Shown piece by piece: positions 9,067-18,833 of a stretch of DNA of 64,000 bases (the stretch's first letter is position 1; every line of letters starts with the position of its first letter). Source of the DNA: an uncultured Planctomycetaceae bacterium (GTDB lineage Bacteria; Planctomycetota; Phycisphaerae; SM23-33); NCBI GenBank assembly GCA_964472875.1, contig CAYYMD010000005.1, forward strand, positions 7,670 through 71,669, read 5' to 3'. Made by a program: the position numbers and the translations under genes. The notes under the pieces were generated by a model. That model searched no databases. It was not told the DNA's origin and worked only from the letters and a program-made list of their open reading frames with translations.

Positions 9067-10227
9067 ATGAATACCATGTATGCAAGGTCAATTCGGGATC
9101 GTGTTCGGAAAGATGATTATTTTCAGGCGGCGCGTCGGCGCAGGGACACATGGTTAGGCAGCAGACTTAAGCACACTGCGTTTACCCTGGTCGAACTGCT
9201 GGTGGTCATTTTCATAATCGCTATGCTGGTGGCCATACTTGTCCCCAATCTATCCAAAGCCATGAGCGTTTCAAGGCGCGTTCAGTGCGCCAAGCAACTG
9301 CACGACATGGGCGTGGCTGCCGGTGCAATTCGTTCCAGTGGGGACACGGCGTATAACCCAGAACCGCTGTTGACCAAAACTGGCTGGGGAGGGCAACTGT
9401 TGGCCAAACTTAACGAGGAATCCTTTATTTGTCCCGAAGAAGACCCCATGCTGCCCATAGACGCAGTAAGGCATCCGCACCCCATGTCGAATTTGGGGGG
9501 ATACAGCATATACAATAAAGGCCTTGGCCACTATACGCCTTTAGAAGAAGGAGCATGGATGGTCAAACTGTCACAAACACAATTTAATAATGCTAAAAAC
9601 CAGGGTTACTTACGGGACAAGGGGCGGTGGTGGAACCCGTGGACGTATGAACCGGACAACAATCCGGGACATTACTATTTATGCTATGAAGGTATGCGAT
9701 GGAAACAAATATATAATAATCGTCAAGAGAAGGAAGAACCCGACTTTGATGATATAATCATCGAGGTGGAATTACAGCCCGGAGGCGAGACACGCGTTAC
9801 TAGTAGATATCAACCGGGGCCTTGGCCTCCTAATGGATCGACGATATATACGCATGCCATGGTTAACGAGGAGGGGGAAAAGTTTTTCGACCCGCTCAAT
9901 TTCTACCCTACTCCTACTATCTTCGATGTGGACACGGGCATGTGCAGTTACGGCATCAACTATAACGATAATGTCCGCAAGCTGGAAAGTATGGGAAAGA
10001 AGGTGCTTCTGCTGGATTACGAGGCGATGTGCGCGGAAGAGGATGACGAATACTGGGAAACCGGCCAAACGGGGGACCGCGACGGCGATGGGACGCTTGA
10101 CATCGCGCGCCACAGCGGCAAAATGAACGTTCTGTACCTCGACGGATCTGTGGAGGCGAAACGTCCGGAGGAAATCAATCCCCAGGGCGATTCGAAGATT
10201 CGCAACAGGATATGGGAAGAGAACTGA
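9067..10227 (+). CDS. Prepilin-type N-terminal cleavage/methylation domain protein of the H-X9-DG (DUF1559) family
   Basis: AFTLVELLVVIFIIAMLVAILVPNL is a type IV pilin-like N-terminus. C-terminal HSGKMNVLYLDGSV is an H-X9-DG motif. This family is greatly expanded in Planctomycetes/PVC. Confidence 0.8.
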   Translation: MNTMYARSIRDRVRKDDYFQAARRRRDTWLGSRLKHTAFTLVELLVVIFIIAMLVAILVPNLSKAMSVSRRVQCAKQLHDMGVAAGAIRSSGDTAYNPEPLLTKTGWGGQLLAKLNEESFICPEEDPMLPIDAVRHPHPMSNLGGYSIYNKGLGHYTPLEEGAWMVKLSQTQFNNAKNQGYLRDKGRWWNPWTYEPDNNPGHYYLCYEGMRWKQIYNNRQEKEEPDFDDIIIEVELQPGGETRVTSRYQPGPWPPNGSTIYTHAMVNEEGEKFFDPLNFYPTPTIFDVDTGMCSYGINYNDNVRKLESMGKKVLLLDYEAMCAEEDDEYWETGQTGDRDGDGTLDIARHSGKMNVLYLDGSVEAKRPEEINPQGDSKIRNRIWEEN

Positions 10228-10281
10228 TTTGTAGTTCACGCGGCGCGGCGCAAAGACAAAGAGCGGAGAAGCGTTAATGTA

Positions 10282-10950
10282 ATGATACAGATGAGCCGTC
10301 GGATGTATATTCTTACAGGCATAGCCGTAGTGCTGGCCTGTGTTGCGGTGTGGACTCTGCTGACGGGAGAGGATATAAATGTAGATGACCCGATCCTGGC
10401 CAAAGTTTTGCGCCTGGAGCAGGAAGGCGATGTGGAAGCGCTTGCCCAAGCAGCCGGGGACGATAACACCCATCTTGCCGCCGAGGCCACAAAGGCCCTG
10501 GGGCGCATGGAAGTTGAAACCATACCACACGTGAAGGAATCCCTGAAAGACCGTCGCCAAAGGGTGCGCGAGGCGGCGGCGGGCGCGATTGGAAACATGG
10601 GCAGGCCCGCCGTGAGAAAATATCCCGGGGTAGTCGCCGACCTCGCACGGGTGGCGATGAATGACGACTCGGTGAATGTCAGGGCTTCGGCTGTGACTGC
10701 CCTCGGCAAGATGCGGGCCCACGAACACATGGAGGCGCTGCTGTCGGCCATGGACGATCCGGACGCTGCGGTCCGCGGGCGGGCGGCAAAGGCCGTTTCC
10801 AGGATTATCGGACGCGAATACGGCTTCAGGGCGAGCGCGCCGCGGGACCGGCGCCGCCAAGTTATTAAAAAGATCAGGGGCATCTGGCCGGAAATCGAAC
10901 CCTATATCCGCGAGTATTATTCCGAGGAATCACATCGCTGGAATGATTAA
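10282..10950 (+). CDS. HEAT (PBS-lyase type) repeat protein with N-terminal TM anchor
   Basis: Repeated D..VR..A..ALG.. units (DDSVNVRASAVTALGKM, DDPDAAVRGRAAKAVSRI). Confidence 0.6.
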   Translation: MIQMSRRMYILTGIAVVLACVAVWTLLTGEDINVDDPILAKVLRLEQEGDVEALAQAAGDDNTHLAAEATKALGRMEVETIPHVKESLKDRRQRVREAAAGAIGNMGRPAVRKYPGVVADLARVAMNDDSVNVRASAVTALGKMRAHEHMEALLSAMDDPDAAVRGRAAKAVSRIIGREYGFRASAPRDRRRQVIKKIRGIWPEIEPYIREYYSEESHRWND

Positions 10951-11376
10951 CTTAACCCTGTCGCAATGGGTCATAGCAACCGGAGATTTTACCTGCTGCG
11001 CTTCGGTCTGCGCCTGACTGGGGTGATAACTACTATCCGGGGCCCTGTTGCATCTCAGAGTTGAGACCGCGATTTGCCGCTGTACTTGCGGCGGAGGCGC
11101 TTAAGTATATCCAGGGCGGCCATTTGGATAACCGACGACCTGCCCGCCGACTGGTTTTCAAAAAGGTTGGCAGGCGGGTTCGTTCCATATGCTTAGATTT
11201 TTTTTGGCGCGGTAAGTCAAGTCGCGAGGCAGTTGCGCCAGCTGCACAATGGTGCTGCAATGGCCGATGGTTATAGCCGTGACCAAGTCACGAAAACGGT
11301 CCTATGCAGGTCCGACGAAGTGCTTGCATATGTGGTGAAAAAATTTTTTAACTTCCGCCGGAATCTCGCCGATGGT

Positions 11377-11399
11377 GGATTCCGGCGCGCCGGGATTCC
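11377..11399. repeat. GC-rich perfect palindrome element (…TCCGGCGCGCCGGGAT…), copy 1, 85 bp upstream of the URO-D/SSS/GH38 operon
   Basis: ggattccggcgcgccgggattcc. The same core tcccggcgcgccgggat occurs at 18325-18344. A close variant occurs at 21367-21383. Confidence 0.5.
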
Positions 11400-11482
11400 T
11401 TCAATAAGTCTTTCTGCAAAAATGCCATATCAGCAGTTGCAGCCGCGTTTATTTTGTGCTAATCACCATCGATATTTCCTAA

Positions 11483-12580
11483 GTGGGGAAGTTTGGAGAT
11501 ATGGAGAGTAAATTAATGAATCACAAAGAACGCGTGCATACAGCTATACGTCACGAAATACCTGACATTACGCCCAAAGGCGATTTGGCAATCGAGGAAA
11601 AGCTTATTCGCAGCATTATCGGTCGGGTCCATTACGGGCGGATGAGCGCTAACGAGCGACTGCTTGCGACCTGGAACCGCCTGGGCGCCGACCTGGTCAA
11701 CATACATGAGTTCCCGATGGAACGGGTCGGGCGGACTGATTCGGGAAGTCCTATATTCCGCTCTGTTCTGGGCGACGAACATGTCATGGCGCCGGGCGCC
11801 TGCCGACTGCACCGGCCTGCAATGTCCGACATCGCGGAGGCCGAGCGATATGAAACCCCGGATGCCTCAACATGCAAAAGCGACTCTCTGGACTGGTTCG
11901 TCGCCAACAGCGATCTGTTTGTCTTCGCCCAGATCATGGGCCCGGTAAGCGCTCTGGACTGGATGCTGGGCACGGAGGATTTCCTCGTATATTGCATGAC
12001 CGAAACGAATTCCGTCCGGGACCTGATGGAGAAGGTAGCCAACTACGAAATCACTCGGGCTAAAATTTTTCTCGACCACGGCGCCGATGCGATTATGATT
12101 ACTGACGACATCGCATACAACGGCGGATTATTCCTGCCGCCGAGGATTATGGAAGAATTGGTTTGGGATCTGTACGTTCACATGTTGAGCGAGATAAAGA
12201 ACTGTCACAAAGCGCCGGTTTTTTTGCACACCGATGGCGATATCCGCGAGGTGCTTGGGAACATAGTCAAATGTGGATTTGACGGTCTGCATTCGCTGCA
12301 ACCTAGCGCAGGCATGGACATAGTGCAGGTCAAGCGCGACTTTGGCAATCGGCTTTGCCTGATGGGCAATATGGACCTGAATCACCTTATGCCTTATGGT
12401 GCGCCGGAAGAGGTAAGCAGGCAGGCAAAGTGGTTGTGCGAAACTATTGGCGGCAACGGCGGTTTCATTCTCGCAACGTGTAATGTGCTGACCGGTGCAA
12501 TCCCACTTGAAAACGTTTACGCCATGTATGGGGTTTCACCGCCGGACGGCAGTGAAACAGCCACCAGGAAAAATACATGA
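11483..12580 (+). CDS. Uroporphyrinogen decarboxylase (URO-D) family protein (MtaA/CmuA-like)
   Basis: 365 aa with URO-D fold signatures (IMITDDIAYNGGLFLPP, FLHTDGDIREVL, GFDGLHSLQP). Stop overlaps the start of the symporter. Confidence 0.7.
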   Translation: MGKFGDMESKLMNHKERVHTAIRHEIPDITPKGDLAIEEKLIRSIIGRVHYGRMSANERLLATWNRLGADLVNIHEFPMERVGRTDSGSPIFRSVLGDEHVMAPGACRLHRPAMSDIAEAERYETPDASTCKSDSLDWFVANSDLFVFAQIMGPVSALDWMLGTEDFLVYCMTETNSVRDLMEKVANYEITRAKIFLDHGADAIMITDDIAYNGGLFLPPRIMEELVWDLYVHMLSEIKNCHKAPVFLHTDGDIREVLGNIVKCGFDGLHSLQPSAGMDIVQVKRDFGNRLCLMGNMDLNHLMPYGAPEEVSRQAKWLCETIGGNGGFILATCNVLTGAIPLENVYAMYGVSPPDGSETATRKNT

Positions 12581-14409
12581 CCATAATCGATACAATTGTA
12601 ATAGTTTTGTATTTAATAGGCATCGTTGCGGTGGGAGTGTATTTCTACCGCCTTTCGTCGAGGGGGACGCGGGCCTACTTCTTAGGGGGCAATAAGCTGC
12701 CGTGGTGGGCACTTGCAGCATCGGGCTCCGCGTCAAACTATGATGTGACAGGAACAATGTTCCTGGTCTCGCTGTTTTACGTAGTCGGGCTACGTAGTTT
12801 CTGGATGCTGTGGAGTTGGCAGTTCATGTCTGCGGCATTCCTGATGTCCTATATGGCTATATGGATCCGACGAACGAGGGTTATGACGGCCGTGGAACTT
12901 CTTCACATCCGCTTCGGAGCGGGCCCCGGTGGACGCATGGCTCGCACAGCCGGGGCCGTGTTAATGGTTACATTCCTGGTTTTCTCGATAGGTTATGCAT
13001 TCGTAGGTATAAGCAAGTTCCTGCCCCACGTGATCCCGGAATGGATACCCGGCAACGGGCGAATATGGGCGGTCGTGATAATGCTGTTGACTACCGTGTA
13101 CGTAACAGTGGGCGGCCTATCCGGCGTTGTGGTAACCGACCTCATACAGGCCGTGCTGATGAGCGTGGGCGGGATTCTTGTAGGGGTAATTGTTTTCATG
13201 AAACTCGACCTCTCAACCGTAGCCACCCTGCACGAACGTTTCGATACCAATATGCTTCCGCAGGCACAACTGTCGATGCCCCCCGGATATGAAACATGGA
13301 ATGACTTTGGCATCCTGTGCCTGTTCTGGTTTGCCGCTGGACTGTTGCTGAACATGAGCGGAGCCGGCGGACACTACCAGGAGCAAAGGTTTCTCGCTAC
13401 AAGGTCGGCGGGCGACTCCGCTCGCGCAGGTTGTGCATGGGGCATTTTTCTGATTCCACGCTGGGCCATGGTCGCCGGCTTCTGCTACATCGCTGCGACG
13501 GGAATGGCCGGCGCAGACGACCCGGAGCAGATTCTGCCGGTTGTGTTAATGGAAATGATTCCCGCCGGTCTTCGCGGCCTGCTTCTGGCGGCTTTTCTTG
13601 CGGCATTCATGTCCACATTCAGCTCTTACGTCAACGCTGCGGCTTCAATGGTTATCCGTGACCTGCTGCATCCTTTCATGCCGCGGATGAAAGACAGAAG
13701 CCAGGTTCTGGCTGGTTATATTGTCAGCGTAATGGCGGTTGCCTTAGGCATAATAATCGGCTTTAACGCCGAATCGATTAAAAATATATGGGTCTGGATG
13801 ATTATCGGGCTTATAGGCGGTTCTTTGATACCGAACGTGCTGCGCTGGCACTGGCACAGATTGAACGGATGGGGTTACTCTGCAGGTATATTCCTGGGCC
13901 TGATAACTGCGATGGCGGTGCGGTGCGGCCTGTTCGGCAAGGACCCTGCCGAGTATGTTTACGCACCGGTGGTCTGGATTATGACCTTGATCGGATGTGT
14001 GGCGGGATCACTTCTGACCCGCCCGGCGCCCACAAAGGTGCTGGAACGCTTCTACCGGACAGTCAGGCCGTTCGGATTCTGGGGGCCGGTCAAGAGGAAG
14101 GTCAATGCCACACCTCCTATCGGCGGCGTGGATTCTTCGCCCCTGCGCATAGCAGGTAATGTAGTGGTGGCTACAGTCAGTCTTATCAGCGCTTTCCTGG
14201 CCACATTTTTTATCGTGGGACATTATCTGCTGGCATCGATAATAACATTAATCACGGCTCTAACCGGTAGTGTTATACTCTATTTAACCTGGTACCGCCC
14301 GCTGGTTGCCGGTGAAAAGACCATAGATGATCCGCAGAAGCGGGAAAGCGAGAACACCGTCCGCTATTTTAAGATTAATCCTGAAGACTCTGAAGGCCGT
14401 AATCAATGA
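12577..14409 (+). CDS. Sodium:solute symporter (SSS) family transporter
   Basis: 610 aa polytopic membrane protein with an SSF-type N-terminus (YFLGGNKLPWWALAASGSASNYDVTGTMFL). 4-nt overlaps with both neighbours. Confidence 0.8.
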   Translation: MTIIDTIVIVLYLIGIVAVGVYFYRLSSRGTRAYFLGGNKLPWWALAASGSASNYDVTGTMFLVSLFYVVGLRSFWMLWSWQFMSAAFLMSYMAIWIRRTRVMTAVELLHIRFGAGPGGRMARTAGAVLMVTFLVFSIGYAFVGISKFLPHVIPEWIPGNGRIWAVVIMLLTTVYVTVGGLSGVVVTDLIQAVLMSVGGILVGVIVFMKLDLSTVATLHERFDTNMLPQAQLSMPPGYETWNDFGILCLFWFAAGLLLNMSGAGGHYQEQRFLATRSAGDSARAGCAWGIFLIPRWAMVAGFCYIAATGMAGADDPEQILPVVLMEMIPAGLRGLLLAAFLAAFMSTFSSYVNAAASMVIRDLLHPFMPRMKDRSQVLAGYIVSVMAVALGIIIGFNAESIKNIWVWMIIGLIGGSLIPNVLRWHWHRLNGWGYSAGIFLGLITAMAVRCGLFGKDPAEYVYAPVVWIMTLIGCVAGSLLTRPAPTKVLERFYRTVRPFGFWGPVKRKVNATPPIGGVDSSPLRIAGNVVVATVSLISAFLATFFIVGHYLLASIITLITALTGSVILYLTWYRPLVAGEKTIDDPQKRESENTVRYFKINPEDSEGRNQ

Positions 14410-17400
14410 AACAAACAAAAGGCATAGAGAAAATAATCGACAAGTGGCGCGGACTAATCAAGAGTAAAAAGCGGGCTATTATCAGTTTTGAAGAAATTAT
14501 CCAAGGCCGCATAGAATCACTGAAACCCTGGATATATCCCGACAGCGAACCACTGGAGGGGTGGACTTACCGGCAGTTTAAATATGACCGCCACGGCAAT
14601 CGCACCTTTGTGGATGACGAATGGCGGCCGATCCGTCCCGGCGATACCTGGGGCGGCGAGGACATGAGCGCCTATTTCCGCTGCAAGGCCTCTATTCCAG
14701 AACGGTTCAGGGGCAGAACCGTAGTGCTCAAATTATATTTTAGCGGAGACGGCCTGCTCAGAGTCAACGGCGACGCATTCCACGGTCTAGACCCGTTTCG
14801 CGACACTATATTTATGACCGAAAACGCCCAAGGTGACGAGTGCTTCGACTTGGAAGCGGAATCGTACATTATGTGGCACTTCGGCGAGGGCACCGTTAAA
14901 CATTTTGAAATCTCACAGTGGGCCGTTTTTGACCGAGAGCTTCACGAGGCGTATTGGGATCTAAAGACCGTTTTCAACCTAATGATGTCGGAGAAGACAA
15001 ACCCTGATGTCGTTAATTTTATCCGCAAGCACCTGGACGACTCCACCCGTCACATCGATCAGCGATGCGAAGACGGGGCGACAGTGCGTGAAATGGCGGT
15101 CCGGGCCCGGAAAATTATAAGAGAGAAAGTATATTCCTGCGACAGTTTCCGCCACGAGGGACTCTTGCACCTTACCGGCAATTCTCATCTTGATCTTGTT
15201 TACCTTTGGACACACGCTGAGTTTATCCGCAAGATAGGGCGCTCCCACGCCACGGCCCTGCGGCTGATGGAGCGATACCCCGAATACATATTTACCCAAA
15301 GTCAGCCCCACATGTATGATCAAATGAAGCGCCACTACCCGGAACTTTTCGAACAGGTTAAGCGGCGAATCGCCGAGGGTCGCTGGGAGGCCATAGGAGC
15401 GTTCTGGGTCGAGCCGGATTGCAACCTGATATCCGGGGAGTCAATGGTTCGCCAGATTATGCATGGTGTTGCCTATTACCAGAAAGAGTTCGGAGTCACG
15501 CCGCGGACCGCGTGGATTCCGGATGTCTTCGGCAACGCCTGGACCATGCCACAAATACTCGTCAAGTGCGGCCTGGAGTTCTTCGTAACGCACAAGATGA
15601 GCATCTGGAACGACACCAATGCGTGGACAAAGAACGTGTTCTGGTGGGAGGGCCCCGACGGATCACGTATATTCTCGCACGTGCCCACCACACATTTTAT
15701 CGGAACGGCAGAACCGGACCACTTGCAGGAGCACTGGGAAAGATTCTCCGATAAAGTGGAAATCGGCGAGTCCCTTTACTGCTATGGGTGGGGCGACGGC
15801 GGTGGCGGTCCGGATGCGGAAATGCTGGAATATTGCTGTCGTTACAGGTCGCTGCCGGGGCTCGTTCCATGCCGCAACTCCACGGTTGAGGATGCTCTGG
15901 AAAGCATGCGCGAGCGAGCCGAAAATGCCGATATACCTGTTATCAACGACGAACTCTACCTCGAAGAACATCGTGGCGTTAACACCACCAAGGGGCGACT
16001 CAAGAAATTGAACCGCTACTGCGAGCATCTGTACCGCAAGGCCGAATTGTTCAACTGTTTCTGCCGCGTTGCGTATCCGGCTGAAAGACTCCGTCAGGGC
16101 TGGCGGGAAGTTCTCGTCAACCAATTCCACGATTCACTGCCGGGGACACATGACTCGCGTTCTTACCTAGACATTCTGGAGTCCTATGACAGGGCGGTCG
16201 CCATTGGTCGGCAAGAGCTTCAAAATGCCCTGGAAGACATCATATCGCAAATCGACACCGACGGTCCGGGCCGGGCAGCCGTGATCTTCAATTCACTGCC
16301 GGCACCGCGGGACACCCGCGTCTCGATCCCGTGCGAACTTCCGGCCGCAACCGTGCTGGACCGCCGAGGAAATGAGATCCCCTGCCAGTTCAGCACAGAT
16401 TACCAAACGCACCAGCGAACACTTGAGTTTGAAGTAACCGATTTGCCTCCTGTTGGTTATGAGGTTTACCATATATTGGACAAACAGGAGGGTACGCACC
16501 GACCACGTCTCGAGTGTTACTATGGAGACAATGGTGAGATAATCCTCAATAACGAGCATATTCGAGCGGTAATCGATCAGGAGGGATGTATTGCCTCTCT
16601 GACGGACAAAAGCACCGGACGCGAGTTCATAGATACCCGCCGACGGGCAAACGTTTTCAAGCTTTACGAGGACATCCCCGGTACGTTCGATGCCTGGGAC
16701 ATAGAGGAACACTACACCAGCCACGAGTTCGACATGGGCACTGCCAAGGTGGCCATTCTTGAACAGGGTCCAGTAAAGGCGGTGGTCGAGGTCAACCGTT
16801 GTTTCCGTAATTCGCAACTTCGGCAGCAAATAGTACTGGGTGCGCAGGCCCGTCGCTTGGACTTTTGTACGTGGGTGGACTGGAAAGAACAGCGCAAACT
16901 GCTGAAGGTGCGTTTCCATACAAATATTCGCAGCCGAACGGCTACATATGACATCCCCTACGGAAACATTGAACGCCCTACTACAAGGAACAATTCTTAC
17001 GAGGCCGCCAAGTTTGAAGTACCCGGCCACGAGTGGATGGACCTTTCACAGGCCGATAGGGGCCTGAGCCTGCTGACAGATTCTAAATACGGATACGAGG
17101 CGCTCGGCTGTATGATATCGCTGTCGCTACTGAAAGGCCCCTTGTACCCAGACCCAACCTCGGATCAGGAGGAACATTACTTCACGTATTCATTGTATCC
17201 CCACGCAGACGGATGGCGGCGAACGGATACGATAGGGCAGGCCGCCGATTTGAACGACCCTGTGGAAGTTGTTATGTCCGAGCCGCATACGGGGCAAGCT
17301 CCCACCAGACGTTCATTTCTTCGGATGCAGGGTGAAGGCGTTACGCTGGAGGCAGTCAAGCAGGCCGAGAATGCCGATGGTGTAATTGTGCGCGTGGTCG

Positions 17401-17585
17401 AGCGACATGGCGGTGAGAAAACCGTTACACTCGAATTGTATGGAAATTTCGGATCAGTTTGCGAGTGCGACCTTCTTGAACGTGATGGGCAACCTCTGTC
17501 CAAAAATGCGGCCGGAAAAGTGTCGCTGGCTATCCGTCCCTACGAGATAAAGACACTGAGATTCACCAACGGACCTGCCGACTGA
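14406..17585 (+). CDS. Alpha-mannosidase, glycoside hydrolase family 38
   Basis: 1059 aa. GH38 N-terminal catalytic motif region (LHLTGNSHLDLVYLW, FWVEPDCNL) plus central and C-terminal GH38 domains. Confidence 0.85.
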   Translation: MKQTKGIEKIIDKWRGLIKSKKRAIISFEEIIQGRIESLKPWIYPDSEPLEGWTYRQFKYDRHGNRTFVDDEWRPIRPGDTWGGEDMSAYFRCKASIPERFRGRTVVLKLYFSGDGLLRVNGDAFHGLDPFRDTIFMTENAQGDECFDLEAESYIMWHFGEGTVKHFEISQWAVFDRELHEAYWDLKTVFNLMMSEKTNPDVVNFIRKHLDDSTRHIDQRCEDGATVREMAVRARKIIREKVYSCDSFRHEGLLHLTGNSHLDLVYLWTHAEFIRKIGRSHATALRLMERYPEYIFTQSQPHMYDQMKRHYPELFEQVKRRIAEGRWEAIGAFWVEPDCNLISGESMVRQIMHGVAYYQKEFGVTPRTAWIPDVFGNAWTMPQILVKCGLEFFVTHKMSIWNDTNAWTKNVFWWEGPDGSRIFSHVPTTHFIGTAEPDHLQEHWERFSDKVEIGESLYCYGWGDGGGGPDAEMLEYCCRYRSLPGLVPCRNSTVEDALESMRERAENADIPVINDELYLEEHRGVNTTKGRLKKLNRYCEHLYRKAELFNCFCRVAYPAERLRQGWREVLVNQFHDSLPGTHDSRSYLDILESYDRAVAIGRQELQNALEDIISQIDTDGPGRAAVIFNSLPAPRDTRVSIPCELPAATVLDRRGNEIPCQFSTDYQTHQRTLEFEVTDLPPVGYEVYHILDKQEGTHRPRLECYYGDNGEIILNNEHIRAVIDQEGCIASLTDKSTGREFIDTRRRANVFKLYEDIPGTFDAWDIEEHYTSHEFDMGTAKVAILEQGPVKAVVEVNRCFRNSQLRQQIVLGAQARRLDFCTWVDWKEQRKLLKVRFHTNIRSRTATYDIPYGNIERPTTRNNSYEAAKFEVPGHEWMDLSQADRGLSLLTDSKYGYEALGCMISLSLLKGPLYPDPTSDQEEHYFTYSLYPHADGWRRTDTIGQAADLNDPVEVVMSEPHTGQAPTRRSFLRMQGEGVTLEAVKQAENADGVIVRVVERHGGEKTVTLELYGNFGSVCECDLLERDGQPLSKNAAGKVSLAIRPYEIKTLRFTNGPAD

Positions 17586-18833
17586 CACCCACGAGACTCC
17601 GCCTTCAATAATAACCATAACCAAAACTAATAAATCTTTTCCGAGCCGATTGCTCTGGCTGTAAATGACTGCCGCAAGGGGAATAAACTGCCATGGTTTA
17701 AAACCACGTAGCATTGCTGCTACGGATTTCGCCCGTCCGCCTGCTCCAAAGTGGTTTGGGATTTGGGTATTTGGGATTTGTTTCGCATTTCGATATCAGT
17801 ATTTCGGATTTTCATATTCTCCCATCCGGCCGTGTTTGTAAGCGCCCACTGTCAAGGGGGGGATGTTTTTTTCAATATGTTGCGTTATTATCCCCGCATT
17901 CACATGCGACAGCGGGGGCTTACTAAAATTACAAAAAACGCGTGCGGCCCTGCGGCCGAATTACGAATGACGAAATTCGAATGTCGAATCAATGACGAAT
18001 GCACGAATTACGAAACAAATCCGAAATCCCGACGGGACCTTTGGGCCCGGAGGGGCCGTCGGTCCGAAATTCGAAATATGTTTATCCCCTGCATCCCTGC
18101 TGATTTGCGCGCGCAGTTTGTCCGCGGAATCGGCCATAGCGCCCGAAAAAATAAAATTTTTTATGTCTTCTCCCGGCCGTGGGTTACGAATTCCGCATAC
18201 GCCCAACAGGCGCGGTTTGCGCGCGCAAAGGCGTTGTTTCGTCCAAGTATGGAGGGAAAAGTAAAAACTTAAAACTAAAAACTGAAAACTTAAATGCTGC
18301 CCGTCGCCATGGTGAAAAATGACCAATCCCGGCGCGCCGGGATTCCCAATGTCCAATTTCCTTACAAAAAACGCCGCGGGGCGGGCGGATCTGAAATCTC
18401 AAATTTTAAATTTCAAATTCTTGTCTGCTGTCTGCCTCGAAAAAGCGCGGCTTTTGAGAGGATCGCGGGTCAGAATTATGATTAACCACTGCAATACATA
18501 CACTTACGAATTTCTGTCAAGGGTAAAAAACGCGCAATATCGCGCAAAAAGGTCTAAAAACCTGCAACAGCCCGGCACAACGCGCAAAAAACCGGCAATT
18601 CCTGAAATAACTTACAAAGACGAGCAATACAGGCCCGAGTTCCAAGTTCCTCGCAAACGTCTTGAACGCACAGCCGGGCGAAAATACTTGCTCCCTGCGC
18701 TGAATTTGTTAATTTTACATTAATCGCAAATGCTCGTATCGGTAACGGGCCCGCCGGTACGAGAATTATTCACGGGGCCTGAATAAATTGGCGATAAAAT
18801 GGTTCGTTTAACCGCCGCCAGGAAAGGTCAATT
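17586..18833. other. 1.25-kb AT-rich noncoding region with multiple short tandem/low-complexity repeats
   Basis: No ORF has family support. Contains tttgggat x3, aaaact x4, clustered (c)gaat/ttacgaa units (gaattacgaatgacgaaattcgaatgtcgaatcaatgacgaatgcacgaattacgaaacaaatccgaaat), the palindrome element, and the motif ggatctgaaatctcaaattttaaatttcaaattc. Confidence 0.5.
18325..18344. repeat. GC-rich perfect palindrome element, copy 2 (aatcccggcgcgccgggatt), inside the long noncoding region upstream of the GH95-like gene
   Basis: A 20-nt perfect palindrome. Confidence 0.5.

Noticed and set aside
17586-18833. Chromosomal replication origin (oriC)
   Set aside because: Only two imperfect DnaA-box-like 9-mers (ttatcccc.) are present. 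dnaA/dnaN are absent from the window. The AT-rich repeats look like regulatory or low-complexity sequence rather than a DUE plus box array.
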